Assembly (NCBI GenBank): GCA_036654655.1 | Contig: JAVVRP010000001.1 | Span: forward strand, 138,426 to 202,425 | Source: Clostridia bacterium | GTDB taxonomy: Bacteria > Bacillota > Clostridia > Christensenellales > UBA1242 | Direction: 5' to 3' | Length of the DNA: 64,000 nucleotides | Part shown: piece after piece, positions 46,877 through 56,771 of the stretch | Numbering within the stretch: the first letter of the stretch is position 1 | Layout of the letters: every line of letters begins with the position of its first letter | Notes under the pieces: model-generated | What the model was told of the DNA's origin: nothing | Seen by the model: only the letters and a program-made list of their open reading frames with translations | The model's database searches: none | Program-made: the position numbers and the translations under genes

Positions 46877-47701
46877 TTAAAGTTGATCTAATGTAATCTT
46901 CCCAAATTTACCCTTACGAAAATCATCTAAAATGCATTTTGCACTTCGGTTGTAATCTAATTCATTTTTTGATAATAAAAAATGCCTTGCAAGTGTGATT
47001 TCTTCAAAAATATCTAGTTGTGTTTTATTTTCCGTTTTTATTTTATATCTTTGAGAAATTACATTTGGATATAATTTATTAATCACTTTTATAAATTCCA
47101 AAGCGACCTCTGTTTCATCCAAAACTTCTGCTTTAATGCTTCCAATAAATGCCAAGTTTTTTGCAACTTCTTCATCTTCCAAATTTTGCCATAGCGTGCC
47201 GGGCGTGTCAAGAAGTTCTATGTTAGATGCAATTTTAAGCATTTGTTTGCCCTTTGTTACTCCCGGGCGATCTCCGGTTACAGTTTTTGCCTTACCAGCC
47301 AAATTGTTGATTAATGTGCTTTTTCCACAATTTGGGACACCAACTACCATTGCTCTAATTCCAATTTGCAACCCTTTACGCAAAAACTTTTCTCTTCTTT
47401 TTGAATAATAATTTTTGAGTTCGGAAATAAGTTTTTTTCCAGCACCAGAAAAAGTACAATCAAAAGTGATTGCATCAAGTTTTTTTTGCCACAATGCCGT
47501 TTGAAAATCATCTGCAAGATCAATTTTTGAAAGTACATAAATAATTTGTTTGTTTGCAAACAATCTGTTAAATTCGGGGCTTATGCAAGATTTTGGAGCA
47601 CGTGCATCAAGGACATAAACAATTGCATCTACAATTGCCAATTCTTTTTCCATCATACGCAACGCTTTTGTCATATGTCCCGGAAACCAATTAATTTTCA
47701 T
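46877..47701 (-). CDS. rbgA: Ribosome biogenesis GTPase A (RbgA/YlqF)
   Basis: 274-aa ORF with circularly permuted GTPase motifs: WFPGHM, DARAP, SKIDL, GVPNCGKST and DTPG. Confidence 0.93.
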   Translation of the reverse strand: MKINWFPGHMTKALRMMEKELAIVDAIVYVLDARAPKSCISPEFNRLFANKQIIYVLSKIDLADDFQTALWQKKLDAITFDCTFSGAGKKLISELKNYYSKRREKFLRKGLQIGIRAMVVGVPNCGKSTLINNLAGKAKTVTGDRPGVTKGKQMLKIASNIELLDTPGTLWQNLEDEEVAKNLAFIGSIKAEVLDETEVALEFIKVINKLYPNVISQRYKIKTENKTQLDIFEEITLARHFLLSKNELDYNRSAKCILDDFRKGKFGKITLDQL

Positions 47702-48443
47702 TATTTCCCTTTTGTTTTTGCAAATGTTTAAGTTCTTCTAATTTTTTTTTAACAAATAATTTTTTTTGTTTTAACAAATATATTCTGTACAGGTCCTTTC
47801 TATTTTTTTTTGTAACAATTTCACTTTGCATTGCTCGCCACGCAGAGATTTGTTGGTGATTGCCAGAATACAAAACTTTTGGAACTTCATTATTGTTAAA
47901 AACAAGTGGACGTGTGTACTGCGGATATTCCAAAAGCCCGGCAGAAAAACTTTCTTCGTTAAGGGAGTTTTTTGCGATAACTCCATCAACCAACCTGCAA
48001 ATAGTTTCTGTAACAACCATGGCAGGAAGTTCTCCACCAGTTAAAACATAATCTCCAATTGATAACTCTTTATATTCACAAATGTCAAGTGCCCGTTGGT
48101 CAACGCCTTCATAATGCCCGCAAAGTAAAATTATATGTTGCTCTTTACAAAGTTTTTGTGCAACATTTTGGCTAAACTTTTCTCCTTTTGGACTCATAAA
48201 TATTTTTTTGCAATTTAGGGTTTCAACTGCTTTTGTAGCATCATAAATTGGTTGTGGCGTCATTATCATTCCAGCACCCCCGCCATATGGGATATCGTCA
48301 CACTTTTTATGTTTGTCTGTTGAAAATTCTCTTATATCCACAATTTCAATTAAAATTTTGCCCTGATTTTGTGCTCGCTTTAAAATGCTTTCTTTAAGTG
48401 GCGAAAACATGCTTGGAAACAATGTTAAAATTGTTATTCGCAT
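47691..48443 (-). CDS. trmD: tRNA (guanine37-N1)-methyltransferase TrmD
   Basis: 250-aa ORF. Has the MRITILTLFPSMF N-terminus, YGGGAGMIM, CGHYEGVDQR and SIGDYVLTGGELPA. Confidence 0.97.
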   Translation of the reverse strand: MRITILTLFPSMFSPLKESILKRAQNQGKILIEIVDIREFSTDKHKKCDDIPYGGGAGMIMTPQPIYDATKAVETLNCKKIFMSPKGEKFSQNVAQKLCKEQHIILLCGHYEGVDQRALDICEYKELSIGDYVLTGGELPAMVVTETICRLVDGVIAKNSLNEESFSAGLLEYPQYTRPLVFNNNEVPKVLYSGNHQQISAWRAMQSEIVTKKNRKDLYRIYLLKQKKLFVKKKLEELKHLQKQKGNNEN

Positions 48444-48937
48444 ATTGCGACCTCGTCAAACCGTGATTGATTAATTGTTATTATTTTTGTATCAAAATTA
48501 ATATCACAAAAAACAGAAGTTAAAAATGGTGCAGATAACCTGCGGTCAATAAGTTGAATTACAAAATTATCCACTGCACCATATTGGTCAACTTGAACAA
48601 GTTTTCCTATTTGCTCTCCCTCTTGATTAACAACATTAAAACCTAAAATATCATTAATTAAAAATGTGTCTGTGTTTAAATTAAGGTTCTCCTTATTGGT
48701 GTAAACCTTTTTATCTCTAAAAATTTCTGCTTGATTGCATGTGTCAACATTTTCTAACTTAATATAAAACATGCCTTCACGAAAATTGCATGATTTTATT
48801 TTATAAAAGTTATTTAATATTTCAAGTTCATCAATGTTGTCAAACACAGAAAGGACATTAGTTAAAGGTAAAACTTTTATTTCGCCTTTTATCCCTTGCG
48901 GTTTTAAAACTTTTCCAATTTCAATTTTATTGGTCAT
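48434..48937 (-). CDS. rimM: 16S rRNA processing protein RimM
   Basis: 167-aa ORF. Has IGKVLKPQGIKGEIKV and a C-terminal PRC barrel. Conserved rimM-trmD order. Confidence 0.9.
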   Translation of the reverse strand: MTNKIEIGKVLKPQGIKGEIKVLPLTNVLSVFDNIDELEILNNFYKIKSCNFREGMFYIKLENVDTCNQAEIFRDKKVYTNKENLNLNTDTFLINDILGFNVVNQEGEQIGKLVQVDQYGAVDNFVIQLIDRRLSAPFLTSVFCDINFDTKIITINQSRFDEVAICE

Positions 48938-48976
48938 AACAAAACCAAAAGCAATTTGCTTTTAATTGCTCCCTTT

Positions 48977-49213
48977 TTATACTTTTTCGCCAATTTTAAC
49001 AAAAACACGAGTTTTTTGTTTTGAAGCGATGCAAGAAGCAACTGTTCTTATGCTTTGTGCAATTCTGCCACCCTTGCCTATTATTTTGCCAAGATCATTA
49101 TCTGCGACTGTCACATGAATAACAACGCCATCTTCATTTTTTTCGGTAGAAATCTGAACCGCTGAAACGTCATCTACAAGTGATTTTACAATGAATTCAA
49201 CAACTTCTTCCAT
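48977..49213 (-). CDS. khpA: KH-domain RNA-binding protein (YlqC/KhpA)
   Basis: 78-aa ORF with the KH GxxG loop IGKGGRIAQSIR, located between rpsP and rimM. Confidence 0.9.
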   Translation of the reverse strand: MEEVVEFIVKSLVDDVSAVQISTEKNEDGVVIHVTVADNDLGKIIGKGGRIAQSIRTVASCIASKQKTRVFVKIGEKV

Positions 49214-49229
49214 TATTATCTCCTGCTAC

Positions 49230-49481
49230 TTATTTTTTTTCAATTGCGCCACTTTTAACAAGAAGTGCTTTTGCTGTGTCTGTTGGGGTTGCACCATTTT
49301 TTAACCATGTAATTGCTTTTTCATTATTGATTTTGATTTCTGCTGGCTTGGTGAGTGGATTATAAGTTCCAATAATTTCTACAAATTTTCCGTCACGAGG
49401 GCTACGAGAATCAGCAACAATAACACGATAGAAAGGTGATTTTTTATCTCCCATTCTTGTTAATCTGATTTTTAATGCCAT
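49230..49481 (-). CDS. rpsP: 30S ribosomal protein S16
   Basis: 83-aa [34 protein letters not shown]..., a classic S16. Confidence 0.97.
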   Translation of the reverse strand: MALKIRLTRMGDKKSPFYRVIVADSRSPRDGKFVEIIGTYNPLTKPAEIKINNEKAITWLKNGATPTDTAKALLVKSGAIEKK

Positions 49482-49543
49482 AATTTTCTCCTTTTTTTAA
49501 ATTTTATATAAACCATTTTTCATGGGATATATCATTTGTGCTT

Positions 49544-50848
49544 TTAACGAAATGACCTTTTGTTTTTCATTTGTTTAAGCATAAGTTTCATTTGCTCAAA
49601 TTGGTTCATAAGTCGATTTACTTGTTGAACAGAAGTTCCACTGCCGTTTGCAATCCTTTTTTTTTGATTTGCCTTTATTATAACTGGATTTAAACGCTCT
49701 TTTTTTGTCATACTTTGAACAATTGCTTTGTTAACTTCAATTGCCTTTTCATCTATTGCAATATCTTTTATCTTTCCTGAAAGCCCTGGCACCATTGCCA
49801 AAACATCTTTTATGTTACCCATTTTTTTCATATTTTCAACTTGCACAAGATAATCTTCAAAAGTAAAACTATTTTCTCTAAATGCTTTTTCCATTCGTAA
49901 TTTTTCATTTTGTGAAACAGATTGCTCTGCTTTTTCAATTAAAGAAAGTATATCTCCCATCCCCAAAATTCTTGATGCAATTCTGTCGGCATGAAATACT
50001 TCTATGTCCGAAATTTTTTCGCCTACTCCACAAAATTTGATTGGCTTTCCAGTTACCTGCCTCATTGAAAGAGCGGCCCCGCCACGGGTGTCGCCGTCTA
50101 ACTTTGTTATAACAACTCCGGATATTTCCAGTTGCATGTTAAAACTTTGTGCAATTGTAACGGCATCCTGGCCTGTCATTGCGTCAACAACAAGCAAAAT
50201 TTCAGCCGGTGTTGTTGCTTCTTTAATTTTTTGCAATTCACTCATTAATTCCAAATTATTATGCAATCTTCCAGCAGTGTCCAAAATTACTGTGTCATAA
50301 CCTTGTTTTAACGCATGCGAAATTGCTTCCGTTGCGGTTTTAACTGGGTTTTGCATACCACGTTCAAAAACTTCTGTTCCTGCTTGCTTTCCAACCACTT
50401 TAAGTTGATCAATAGCAGCGGGACGATATATATCGCACGCAACCAAAAGTGTTTTTTTACCCTGCGATTTAAGGTAATATGCAAGTTTTGCGCACATTGT
50501 TGTTTTTCCTGCACCTTGCAACCCACATAACATTATAACAGCAGGCATATTTGAGCCTAAATTTAATTTTTGGTCTGGGCTTTGCATAAGTAAAGTAAGT
50601 TCATCTCTTACATTTTTTATAACTTGTTGTGATGGATTCAAACTTTTAAGAACACTATCTCCCAAGCATTTTTCGCTTACTTTTAAAACAAAATCTTTAA
50701 CAACAATATAATTTACATCGGCTTCAAGCAATGCTATTTTAACTTCTCTCATTGATTCTTTAATTTCGGTTTCAGTTAATTTTCCACGTTTTGTTAATTT
50801 GTTAAAAATTTGATTAAACCTGTCACCAAGCCCAGAAAAAAGTGCCAT
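49544..50848 (-). CDS. ffh: Signal recognition particle protein Ffh
   Basis: 434-aa ORF with an NG domain (GLQGAGKTT, DTAGR, TKLDGD) and a Met-rich M domain. Confidence 0.97.
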   Translation of the reverse strand: MALFSGLGDRFNQIFNKLTKRGKLTETEIKESMREVKIALLEADVNYIVVKDFVLKVSEKCLGDSVLKSLNPSQQVIKNVRDELTLLMQSPDQKLNLGSNMPAVIMLCGLQGAGKTTMCAKLAYYLKSQGKKTLLVACDIYRPAAIDQLKVVGKQAGTEVFERGMQNPVKTATEAISHALKQGYDTVILDTAGRLHNNLELMSELQKIKEATTPAEILLVVDAMTGQDAVTIAQSFNMQLEISGVVITKLDGDTRGGAALSMRQVTGKPIKFCGVGEKISDIEVFHADRIASRILGMGDILSLIEKAEQSVSQNEKLRMEKAFRENSFTFEDYLVQVENMKKMGNIKDVLAMVPGLSGKIKDIAIDEKAIEVNKAIVQSMTKKERLNPVIIKANQKKRIANGSGTSVQQVNRLMNQFEQMKLMLKQMKNKRSFR

Positions 50849-51198
50849 TACTCCTCCGTTATAATTTTGCTTATTGATTTTTTTAAACTTTCCACAGTTT
50901 TATGTTCACCATAAATGCTTTGCATTATTGCTTTTTTTAATTTTATTTTCCCTATGTTTTTTTCCATTTGTTCCAACTTTAAAACAGCAGTACTTACACT
51001 TTGCAAAATTGCGGATCTGGAAACATTTTCTAATTCTGCAATTTCAAAAAGAGTCATATTTTCAAAAAAATATTTTTCTGCATAGTCTTTTTGTTTAATT
51101 GTTAAAAATGAACCATAACAATCAATCAACTCGCAAATTTTTACTGTTTTTTCTAAAATTGTTTTATCCACTGTTAAGCAAATCTCCTTAACACACAT
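50848..51198 (-). CDS. ylxM: YlxM/p13-like putative DNA-binding protein
   Basis: The sigma-70 region-4-like HTH (TLFEIAELENVSRSAILQSV) and position directly upstream of ffh match ylxM. The true start may be the GTG at 51171, downstream of an AAGGAG. Confidence 0.85.
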   Translation of the reverse strand: MCVKEICLTVDKTILEKTVKICELIDCYGSFLTIKQKDYAEKYFFENMTLFEIAELENVSRSAILQSVSTAVLKLEQMEKNIGKIKLKKAIMQSIYGEHKTVESLKKSISKIITEE

Positions 51199-51234
51199 AT
51201 AATATCACAAGCAAAATATATTTTCAAGTGTTTT

Positions 51235-52368
51235 TTAAACTAATTTAAAAATAATTTGATTTGTAACTCCAAACTTTTTGGGGTTAACAAATAAAAAGTT
51301 ATTTTTAATGATAATTAATTTTAGTTTTTTTAATTCCATAATTTCACTTTCTTTAATTATTTCCAAATTTTCCCCTGTTATTTTTTTAAAGTTTTTTAAA
51401 TTTATACCTTGCGCTGTTCTTAAAGAAAGCATAACAATTTCTTCCAAAATATTTTGTTTGGTTAACACTTCTGTTTCACAAACAAACTGCCCCTTTAAAT
51501 ATGTTTTCATATTGCTTGTGTTTGTTAATCGCGTATTATTTAATAGTGAACACGAACTTAACCCAAAGCCAAAATAATTTAACCTATTCCAATAAGCCAA
51601 ATTATGTTTGCATTCATAACCAACTTTTGCAAAGTTTGAAATTTCATATCTTTTATATCCTAAATTTTTTAACATGTTTACAACAAAGTTATACAGCAAC
51701 ACGCTTTGATCATCTGTTGGAAGAACAATTGCATTTTTTTTCACAAGTTCAAATAAAGGAGTGTTTTCTTCCAATATAAGCATATAAGCAGAAATATGGG
51801 TCACTCCACTTTTCACAAGTTCTAAAATTGAATTTTCAATTGTTTTTTTGGTTTGGTTTGGAAGCCCAAGTAAGATGTCGGCATTAATATTTGTAAAGCC
51901 ACATAAAACGGCATTTTTTATTGCATTAATTGCGTCTTGTTTTGTATGTGTTCTTCCAATTTTTTTTAACGTTGTATCATCCAATGATTGAACGCCAAAA
52001 CTTATACGATTAAATCCAATGTTTTTAAGTTGTTTAAGTTTTAAATAGGTTACAGTGTTGGGATTTGCCTCAATGCTAATTTCAGCATTTTTTTGAATAT
52101 AAAAATTTTGTTTTATTGTTTCAAAAATTTTTGCTATTTGACTTACATTTAGTGTTGTTGGTGTTCCGCCACCAAAATATATTGTTTTTATTGTAATTTT
52201 ATCTTGTCCATCATAAATTTTTGAACGCATTTCAATTTCTTTGCATAGCACTTTAACGTATTGCTGTTTTACAACTTCTGTTTCAGGGGCCGAAACAAAA
52301 TTGCAATAATAACATTTTGAATTGCAAAAAGGAATATGAATATAAATTGATGCATTAGTCTTCATCAT
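51235..52368 (-). CDS. hemW: Radical SAM heme chaperone HemW (HemN-like, oxygen-independent coproporphyrinogen oxidase family)
   Basis: 377-aa ORF. Has [15 protein letters not shown] and YFGGGTP. Conserved lepA-hemW pairing. Confidence 0.9.
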   Translation of the reverse strand: MMKTNASIYIHIPFCNSKCYYCNFVSAPETEVVKQQYVKVLCKEIEMRSKIYDGQDKITIKTIYFGGGTPTTLNVSQIAKIFETIKQNFYIQKNAEISIEANPNTVTYLKLKQLKNIGFNRISFGVQSLDDTTLKKIGRTHTKQDAINAIKNAVLCGFTNINADILLGLPNQTKKTIENSILELVKSGVTHISAYMLILEENTPLFELVKKNAIVLPTDDQSVLLYNFVVNMLKNLGYKRYEISNFAKVGYECKHNLAYWNRLNYFGFGLSSCSLLNNTRLTNTSNMKTYLKGQFVCETEVLTKQNILEEIVMLSLRTAQGINLKNFKKITGENLEIIKESEIMELKKLKLIIIKNNFLFVNPKKFGVTNQIIFKLV

Positions 52369-54157
52369 TAGTTTTTAATATTGATAAAAATGCTTCACTA
52401 GGCATTTCCACATTTCCTATTCTGCGCATTCGCTTTTTTCCCGCCTTTTGCTTTTCTAGCAATTTACGTTTACGGCTTATATCTCCCCCATAACATTTTG
52501 CAAGAACGTCCTTACGCATAGCGCTTATTGTTTCTCTGGCAATAATTTTACCACCAATACATGCTTGAATTGGGATTTCAAACATTTGTCTGGGAATAAC
52601 TTTTTTAAGTTTTTCTGCAATAATTCTGCCTCTTGAATATGCTTTATCCTCATGAACAATAAGGCTAAGGGCATCACATGTTTCACCATTTAAAAGAATA
52701 TCAAGTTTAACCATCTTGCTTTTTCTATAACCGCTGATATCATAATCTAAACTTGCATAACCTTTGGTTCTGGATTTTAATATATCAAAAAAATCATATA
52801 TCATTTCACAAAGTGGCATTGTGTATTCCATTTTTACTCTTGTTTTTTCAATGTATTGCAAATCCATGTCTTCGCCACGTTTTTCTTGACAAAGTTCCAT
52901 TATTGGGCCTACATATTCAGGTGGAGTGAAAATTCTTAAATTTGCTATCGGCTCATCCACATAGTCAATTTCTGATACCTTAGGATAATTCGCTGGATTT
53001 GATATTTCAACAACATCTCCATTGGTTTTGTGAACCAAATAAGAAACACTTGGTGCGGTTGTAATAATGTCTAAATCAAATTCTCTTTCCAATCTTTCAG
53101 TAATAATTTCCATGTGCAACAACCCTAAAAATCCACACCTGAACCCAAACCCCAATGCTTTTGAAACTTCTGGTGAATAAAAAAGAGATGCATCATTAAT
53201 TTTAAGTTTTTCTAATGCTTCTTTTAGTTCGGCATATTTGCTACCATCAACTAAAAATATTCCGCTAAAAACAACAGGCTTAACTTCTTTATAACCCTCT
53301 AATGCATTTTGTGTTGGGCTGTTTGCACTTGTTATTGTGTCTCCAACTTTTGTGTCAATCACATTTTTTATGCTTGCAGCAATATATCCAACTTCACCTG
53401 CACTTAAAATTTGTTTTGCAACCATTGATGGGGTAAAAACGCCAACTTCTGTAACTTCAAAAACTTTTTTTGTTTTCATCATCATTATTTTGTCGCCCGC
53501 TTTTACACTTCCGTCAAAAACACGAACAAAAGATATTGTTCCCTTAAAGTTATCATAATAACTATCAAAAATTAATGCTTTTAAAGGGGCATCCAGATTG
53601 CCTTTTGGGCAAGGAAATTGTTCCACAATTTGAATTAAAACCTGTTCTATATTTGTGCCTTCCTTAGCAGATATGCATGGTGCATCGCTGGCAGGCAATC
53701 CAATTATGTCTTCAATCTCTTTTTTTGTTTTTTCTATATTTGCACTTGGTAAATCTATTTTATTAATCACTGGCAAAATTTCTAAGTTGCCATCTAGCGC
53801 AAGATAGCAATTTGCAAGCGTTTGGGCTTCTACACCTTGTGACGCATCAACAATAAGCAACGCGCCCTCACAAGCGGCCAAAGAACGAGAAACTTCATAA
53901 GTAAAGTCCACATGTCCGGGTGTATCAATCAAATTTAACATATATGTTTCGCCTTTATGCTGAAAAAACATACGTGTTGGCGTAAGTTTAATTGTTATTC
54001 CTCTTTCTCTTTCCAATTCCATGCTATCAAGAATCTGACTCTGCATTTCTCTTTTTGAAAGAGAACCAGTTTTTTCAATTAACCTATCTGCAAGTGTGCT
54101 TTTACCATGATCGATGTGTGCAACAATGCAAAAATTTCTTATGTGTTTTTGATCCAT
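52355..54157 (-). CDS. lepA: Elongation factor 4 (LepA)
   Basis: 600-aa ORF with G motifs [14 protein letters not shown] and NKID, and the LepA-specific C-terminal domain. Confidence 0.98.
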   Translation of the reverse strand: MDQKHIRNFCIVAHIDHGKSTLADRLIEKTGSLSKREMQSQILDSMELERERGITIKLTPTRMFFQHKGETYMLNLIDTPGHVDFTYEVSRSLAACEGALLIVDASQGVEAQTLANCYLALDGNLEILPVINKIDLPSANIEKTKKEIEDIIGLPASDAPCISAKEGTNIEQVLIQIVEQFPCPKGNLDAPLKALIFDSYYDNFKGTISFVRVFDGSVKAGDKIMMMKTKKVFEVTEVGVFTPSMVAKQILSAGEVGYIAASIKNVIDTKVGDTITSANSPTQNALEGYKEVKPVVFSGIFLVDGSKYAELKEALEKLKINDASLFYSPEVSKALGFGFRCGFLGLLHMEIITERLEREFDLDIITTAPSVSYLVHKTNGDVVEISNPANYPKVSEIDYVDEPIANLRIFTPPEYVGPIMELCQEKRGEDMDLQYIEKTRVKMEYTMPLCEMIYDFFDILKSRTKGYASLDYDISGYRKSKMVKLDILLNGETCDALSLIVHEDKAYSRGRIIAEKLKKVIPRQMFEIPIQACIGGKIIARETISAMRKDVLAKCYGGDISRKRKLLEKQKAGKKRMRRIGNVEMPSEAFLSILKTNDED

Positions 54158-54297
54158 CTTTGTTCCTTTGTGAACTTTATTATAACTGATTTTTGTTTAG
54201 TTTGCAACTGAGAATTAATATTTTTTAATAATATAAAGCAAATTTGCTTTTCTTTTAAATTTGAACATGCTATATTATATAAAAAAAGGAAATAAAA

Positions 54298-55026
54298 ATG
54301 GATATATTTAAATCTTGGCTTGTTGAAGATTATATTGCCCACAGAGGGCTCCACAATTTAGAGTCCCCTGAAAATACATTACCAGCATTTCAAAACGCAA
54401 TTGACGCAGGATATCCTATTGAAATAGACGTTCAACTTTTGGCAGATAACACTGTTGTTGTTTTTCATGATGCAAATTTATCACGTTTGGCTGGAAAAGA
54501 TGGTTATTTAAAAAATTTAAAAATTACAGATTTGGCAAACATTGAACTTTGCGGAACCAAGCACACAATTCCAACGCTTGAACAAACATTGCAATTTATA
54601 AATGGAAAAACTCCACTTTTAATTGAAATTAAAAACGATGAAAAGGTTGGAAAATTGGAAACCGAAGTTTGGAATTTGTTAAAAAATTATAACGGAGAAT
54701 TTGCAATTCAAAGTTTTAATCCTTATGTTTTACAATGGTTTAAAGACAATGCTCCTAATGTTTGGCGTGGTCAACTTTCTATGCGATTTGGCAAACAAAC
54801 TCTTAATTTTTTAAAAAGATTTGCACTAAGCAGAATGCTACTTAACAAAAAGGTATCCGAACCACATTTTATTTCATATGAAGCAAAAGCACTTCCTAAC
54901 AGATTTGTAAAAAAATATAAAAAGTTACCTCTACTTGCTTGGACAATTAGAAGCCAAAATGAATATCTTAAAACAATAAAATTTTGTGATAATATAATTT
55001 TCGAAAATTTTGAACCTAAAATTTAA
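54298..55026 (+). CDS. Glycerophosphodiester phosphodiesterase family protein
   Basis: 242-aa ORF with GDPD motifs AHRGL..ENTLPAF, IEIDVQ and VVFHD. AAAGGAAA SD. Plus strand, convergent with rarA. Confidence 0.85.
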   Translation: MDIFKSWLVEDYIAHRGLHNLESPENTLPAFQNAIDAGYPIEIDVQLLADNTVVVFHDANLSRLAGKDGYLKNLKITDLANIELCGTKHTIPTLEQTLQFINGKTPLLIEIKNDEKVGKLETEVWNLLKNYNGEFAIQSFNPYVLQWFKDNAPNVWRGQLSMRFGKQTLNFLKRFALSRMLLNKKVSEPHFISYEAKALPNRFVKKYKKLPLLAWTIRSQNEYLKTIKFCDNIIFENFEPKI

Positions 55027-55028
55027 TT

Positions 55029-56318
55029 TTATTTATCAAACTTTTTCCTTATTATCTTTTTTTCTTTACCATTGCTACTTGGGGTGTAGTAAATTTTATT
55101 TTTTAAACTATCCGGCAAATATTGCTGTTTAACATATCCGCCATAATCATGCGGATATTTGTATTTTGTTTTTTTTGTGTCGTTTGTTGATGGGTGATTT
55201 TTAAGATAAAATGGAACGTTGTCGTCCTTTATGTTTTCAGCATCACTTTTTGCTAGCGTTAATGCCTTGTAAACTGAATTAGACTTTTCCGCTTCACAAA
55301 CATAAATTATTGCATGTGAAAGTGGAATTTGCGCTTCCGCTATCCCCATTTTTTCAATTGCAATATATGCATTTAATGCAATTAAAAGTGCGTTACTGTC
55401 CGCCATTCCAACGTCTTCACTGGCGTGCGCTATAACTCTTCTAGCAATTAATAACGGATCGCATCCAGCCAAAATAAGCCTTTGAGAATAATACAACGCA
55501 GCATCGGAGTCGGACCCTCTTAAACTTTTACAAAAAGCCGACAGTATATCGTAAAACATTGTTTCGTCAATAGACAATGCTTTTTTTTGAATTGACTGCT
55601 CCGCTGTTGCTTTGTTAATGTAAATTGTTCCGTCATTTTTAACATCTGTTGTATAAACTGCAAGTTCAAGTGCACCAATCGCCATTCTTAAATCTCCACC
55701 ACTTGCCCATGCAATATGCTGTAATGCATCATCTTCACATTTAACTTGCAAATTCCCAAGCCCCATGTCCTTGTTTGTTAATGTTCGTTTTAATGCTTTA
55801 ATTATATCACTGTTTAAAAGAGGCTTAAATTCAAAAACTCTGCATCTTGAAACAATGGCGCGCGTCATGTTTGTAAAAGGATTTTCTGTTGTAGAACCAA
55901 TAAAAATAATGCTTCCATCTTCAATTGCAGAAAGCACGCAGTCACTTTGGGATTTGTTCCATCTGTGGCATTCATCAAGTAACAAATATGTTTGTGTGCC
56001 AAACATAGATTTTGTTGTTCTTGCCTTTTCAATAACCAGTTTTGCATCTGCCACACCGCTGGAAACTGCATTCATGCTTATAAACTCACCATTTAAAGTT
56101 TTTGCAATTATATTTGCAAGCGTGGTTTTACCTGTTCCCGGAGGACCATAAAAAATACAACTTTCAACTCTATCAATTGCAATGGAACGCCTAAGCAAAC
56201 AATTTTTACCAACTATATGTTCCTGCCCAACAAAATCTTCTAACGATTGAGGCCTCATTTTTTGTGCAAGTGGAACTCTGTTATTATTTTCCATGTTTAA
56301 ATTGTACCACATATACAA
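55029..56318 (-). CDS. rarA: Replication-associated recombination protein A (RarA/MgsA)
   Basis: 429-aa ORF. Has PLAQKMRPQSLEDFVGQ, Walker A GPPGTGKTT, LLDECHR, and the C-terminal MgsA domain (YYSQRLILAGCDP). The start may be the internal MENNN at 56294. Confidence 0.93.
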   Translation of the reverse strand: MYMWYNLNMENNNRVPLAQKMRPQSLEDFVGQEHIVGKNCLLRRSIAIDRVESCIFYGPPGTGKTTLANIIAKTLNGEFISMNAVSSGVADAKLVIEKARTTKSMFGTQTYLLLDECHRWNKSQSDCVLSAIEDGSIIFIGSTTENPFTNMTRAIVSRCRVFEFKPLLNSDIIKALKRTLTNKDMGLGNLQVKCEDDALQHIAWASGGDLRMAIGALELAVYTTDVKNDGTIYINKATAEQSIQKKALSIDETMFYDILSAFCKSLRGSDSDAALYYSQRLILAGCDPLLIARRVIAHASEDVGMADSNALLIALNAYIAIEKMGIAEAQIPLSHAIIYVCEAEKSNSVYKALTLAKSDAENIKDDNVPFYLKNHPSTNDTKKTKYKYPHDYGGYVKQQYLPDSLKNKIYYTPSSNGKEKKIIRKKFDK

Positions 56319-56340
56319 AATTCAATCAATAATTTTAAAT

Positions 56341-56375
56341 AAAAAAACAAGGTTAATTAATTACCCTTGTTTTTA
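56341..56375 (-). terminator. Intrinsic terminator after rnpB
   Basis: Minus-strand acaagg-loop-ccttgt extended by A/T pairs, followed by T7, immediately 3' of the RNase P RNA. Confidence 0.5.
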
Positions 56376-56377
56376 AT

Positions 56378-56717
56378 GGTTCAGTTAGTCTGTAAGCCGA
56401 GTTCTGTATTAAACGGTCATCTGTCTAGACTTGCCATTTCTAACAAGTTCAAGCGGCGCTTTTGGAGGGCTTGCGAACAACAACTCCCTCTTTAGCCTTG
56501 CTTCGGGTGGGGTTTACATTGCACTCGTAGTTGCCAACGAGTCGGTGGGCTCTTACTCCGCCTTTCCAACCTTACCCAATTTCTTGGGCGGTATTTTTCT
56601 GTTGCACTTTCCTTAAAGTCGCCTTTACCGGTAGTTGGCCGGCACCCTGTTCTGTGAAGCTCGGACTTTCCTCGAATAATCCATTACAAATCACTCGCGA
56701 CCGTCTGGCTAACTGAC
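56378..56717 (-). ncRNA. rnpB: RNase P RNA (bacterial)
   Basis: A GC-rich island in AT-rich DNA. The minus strand contains the universal P4 strands GAGGAAAGTCCGAGC (56661-56674) and ACAGAACTCGGCTTA (56392-56406). P1 pairs 5' TCAGTTAG with 3' CTAACTGA. A consensus promoter places +1 at 56717. Confidence 0.92.
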
Positions 56718-56723
56718 TGTAAA

Positions 56724-56752
56724 ATTATATCATATTAAATATTTAATGTCAA
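56724..56752 (-). promoter_or_regulatory. Sigma-A promoter of rnpB
   Basis: The minus strand reads TTGACA-17 nt-TATAAT, then 6 nt, then the G that starts the P1 helix. Confidence 0.7.
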
Positions 56753-56771
56753 TTTTTTTATATTATTTATT

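Noticed and set aside
54139-54354. 71-aa minus-strand ORF in the lepA/GDPD divergent intergenic region
   Set aside because: It spans promoter DNA and the start of the plus-strand GDPD gene, has no SD, and gives a low-complexity translation.
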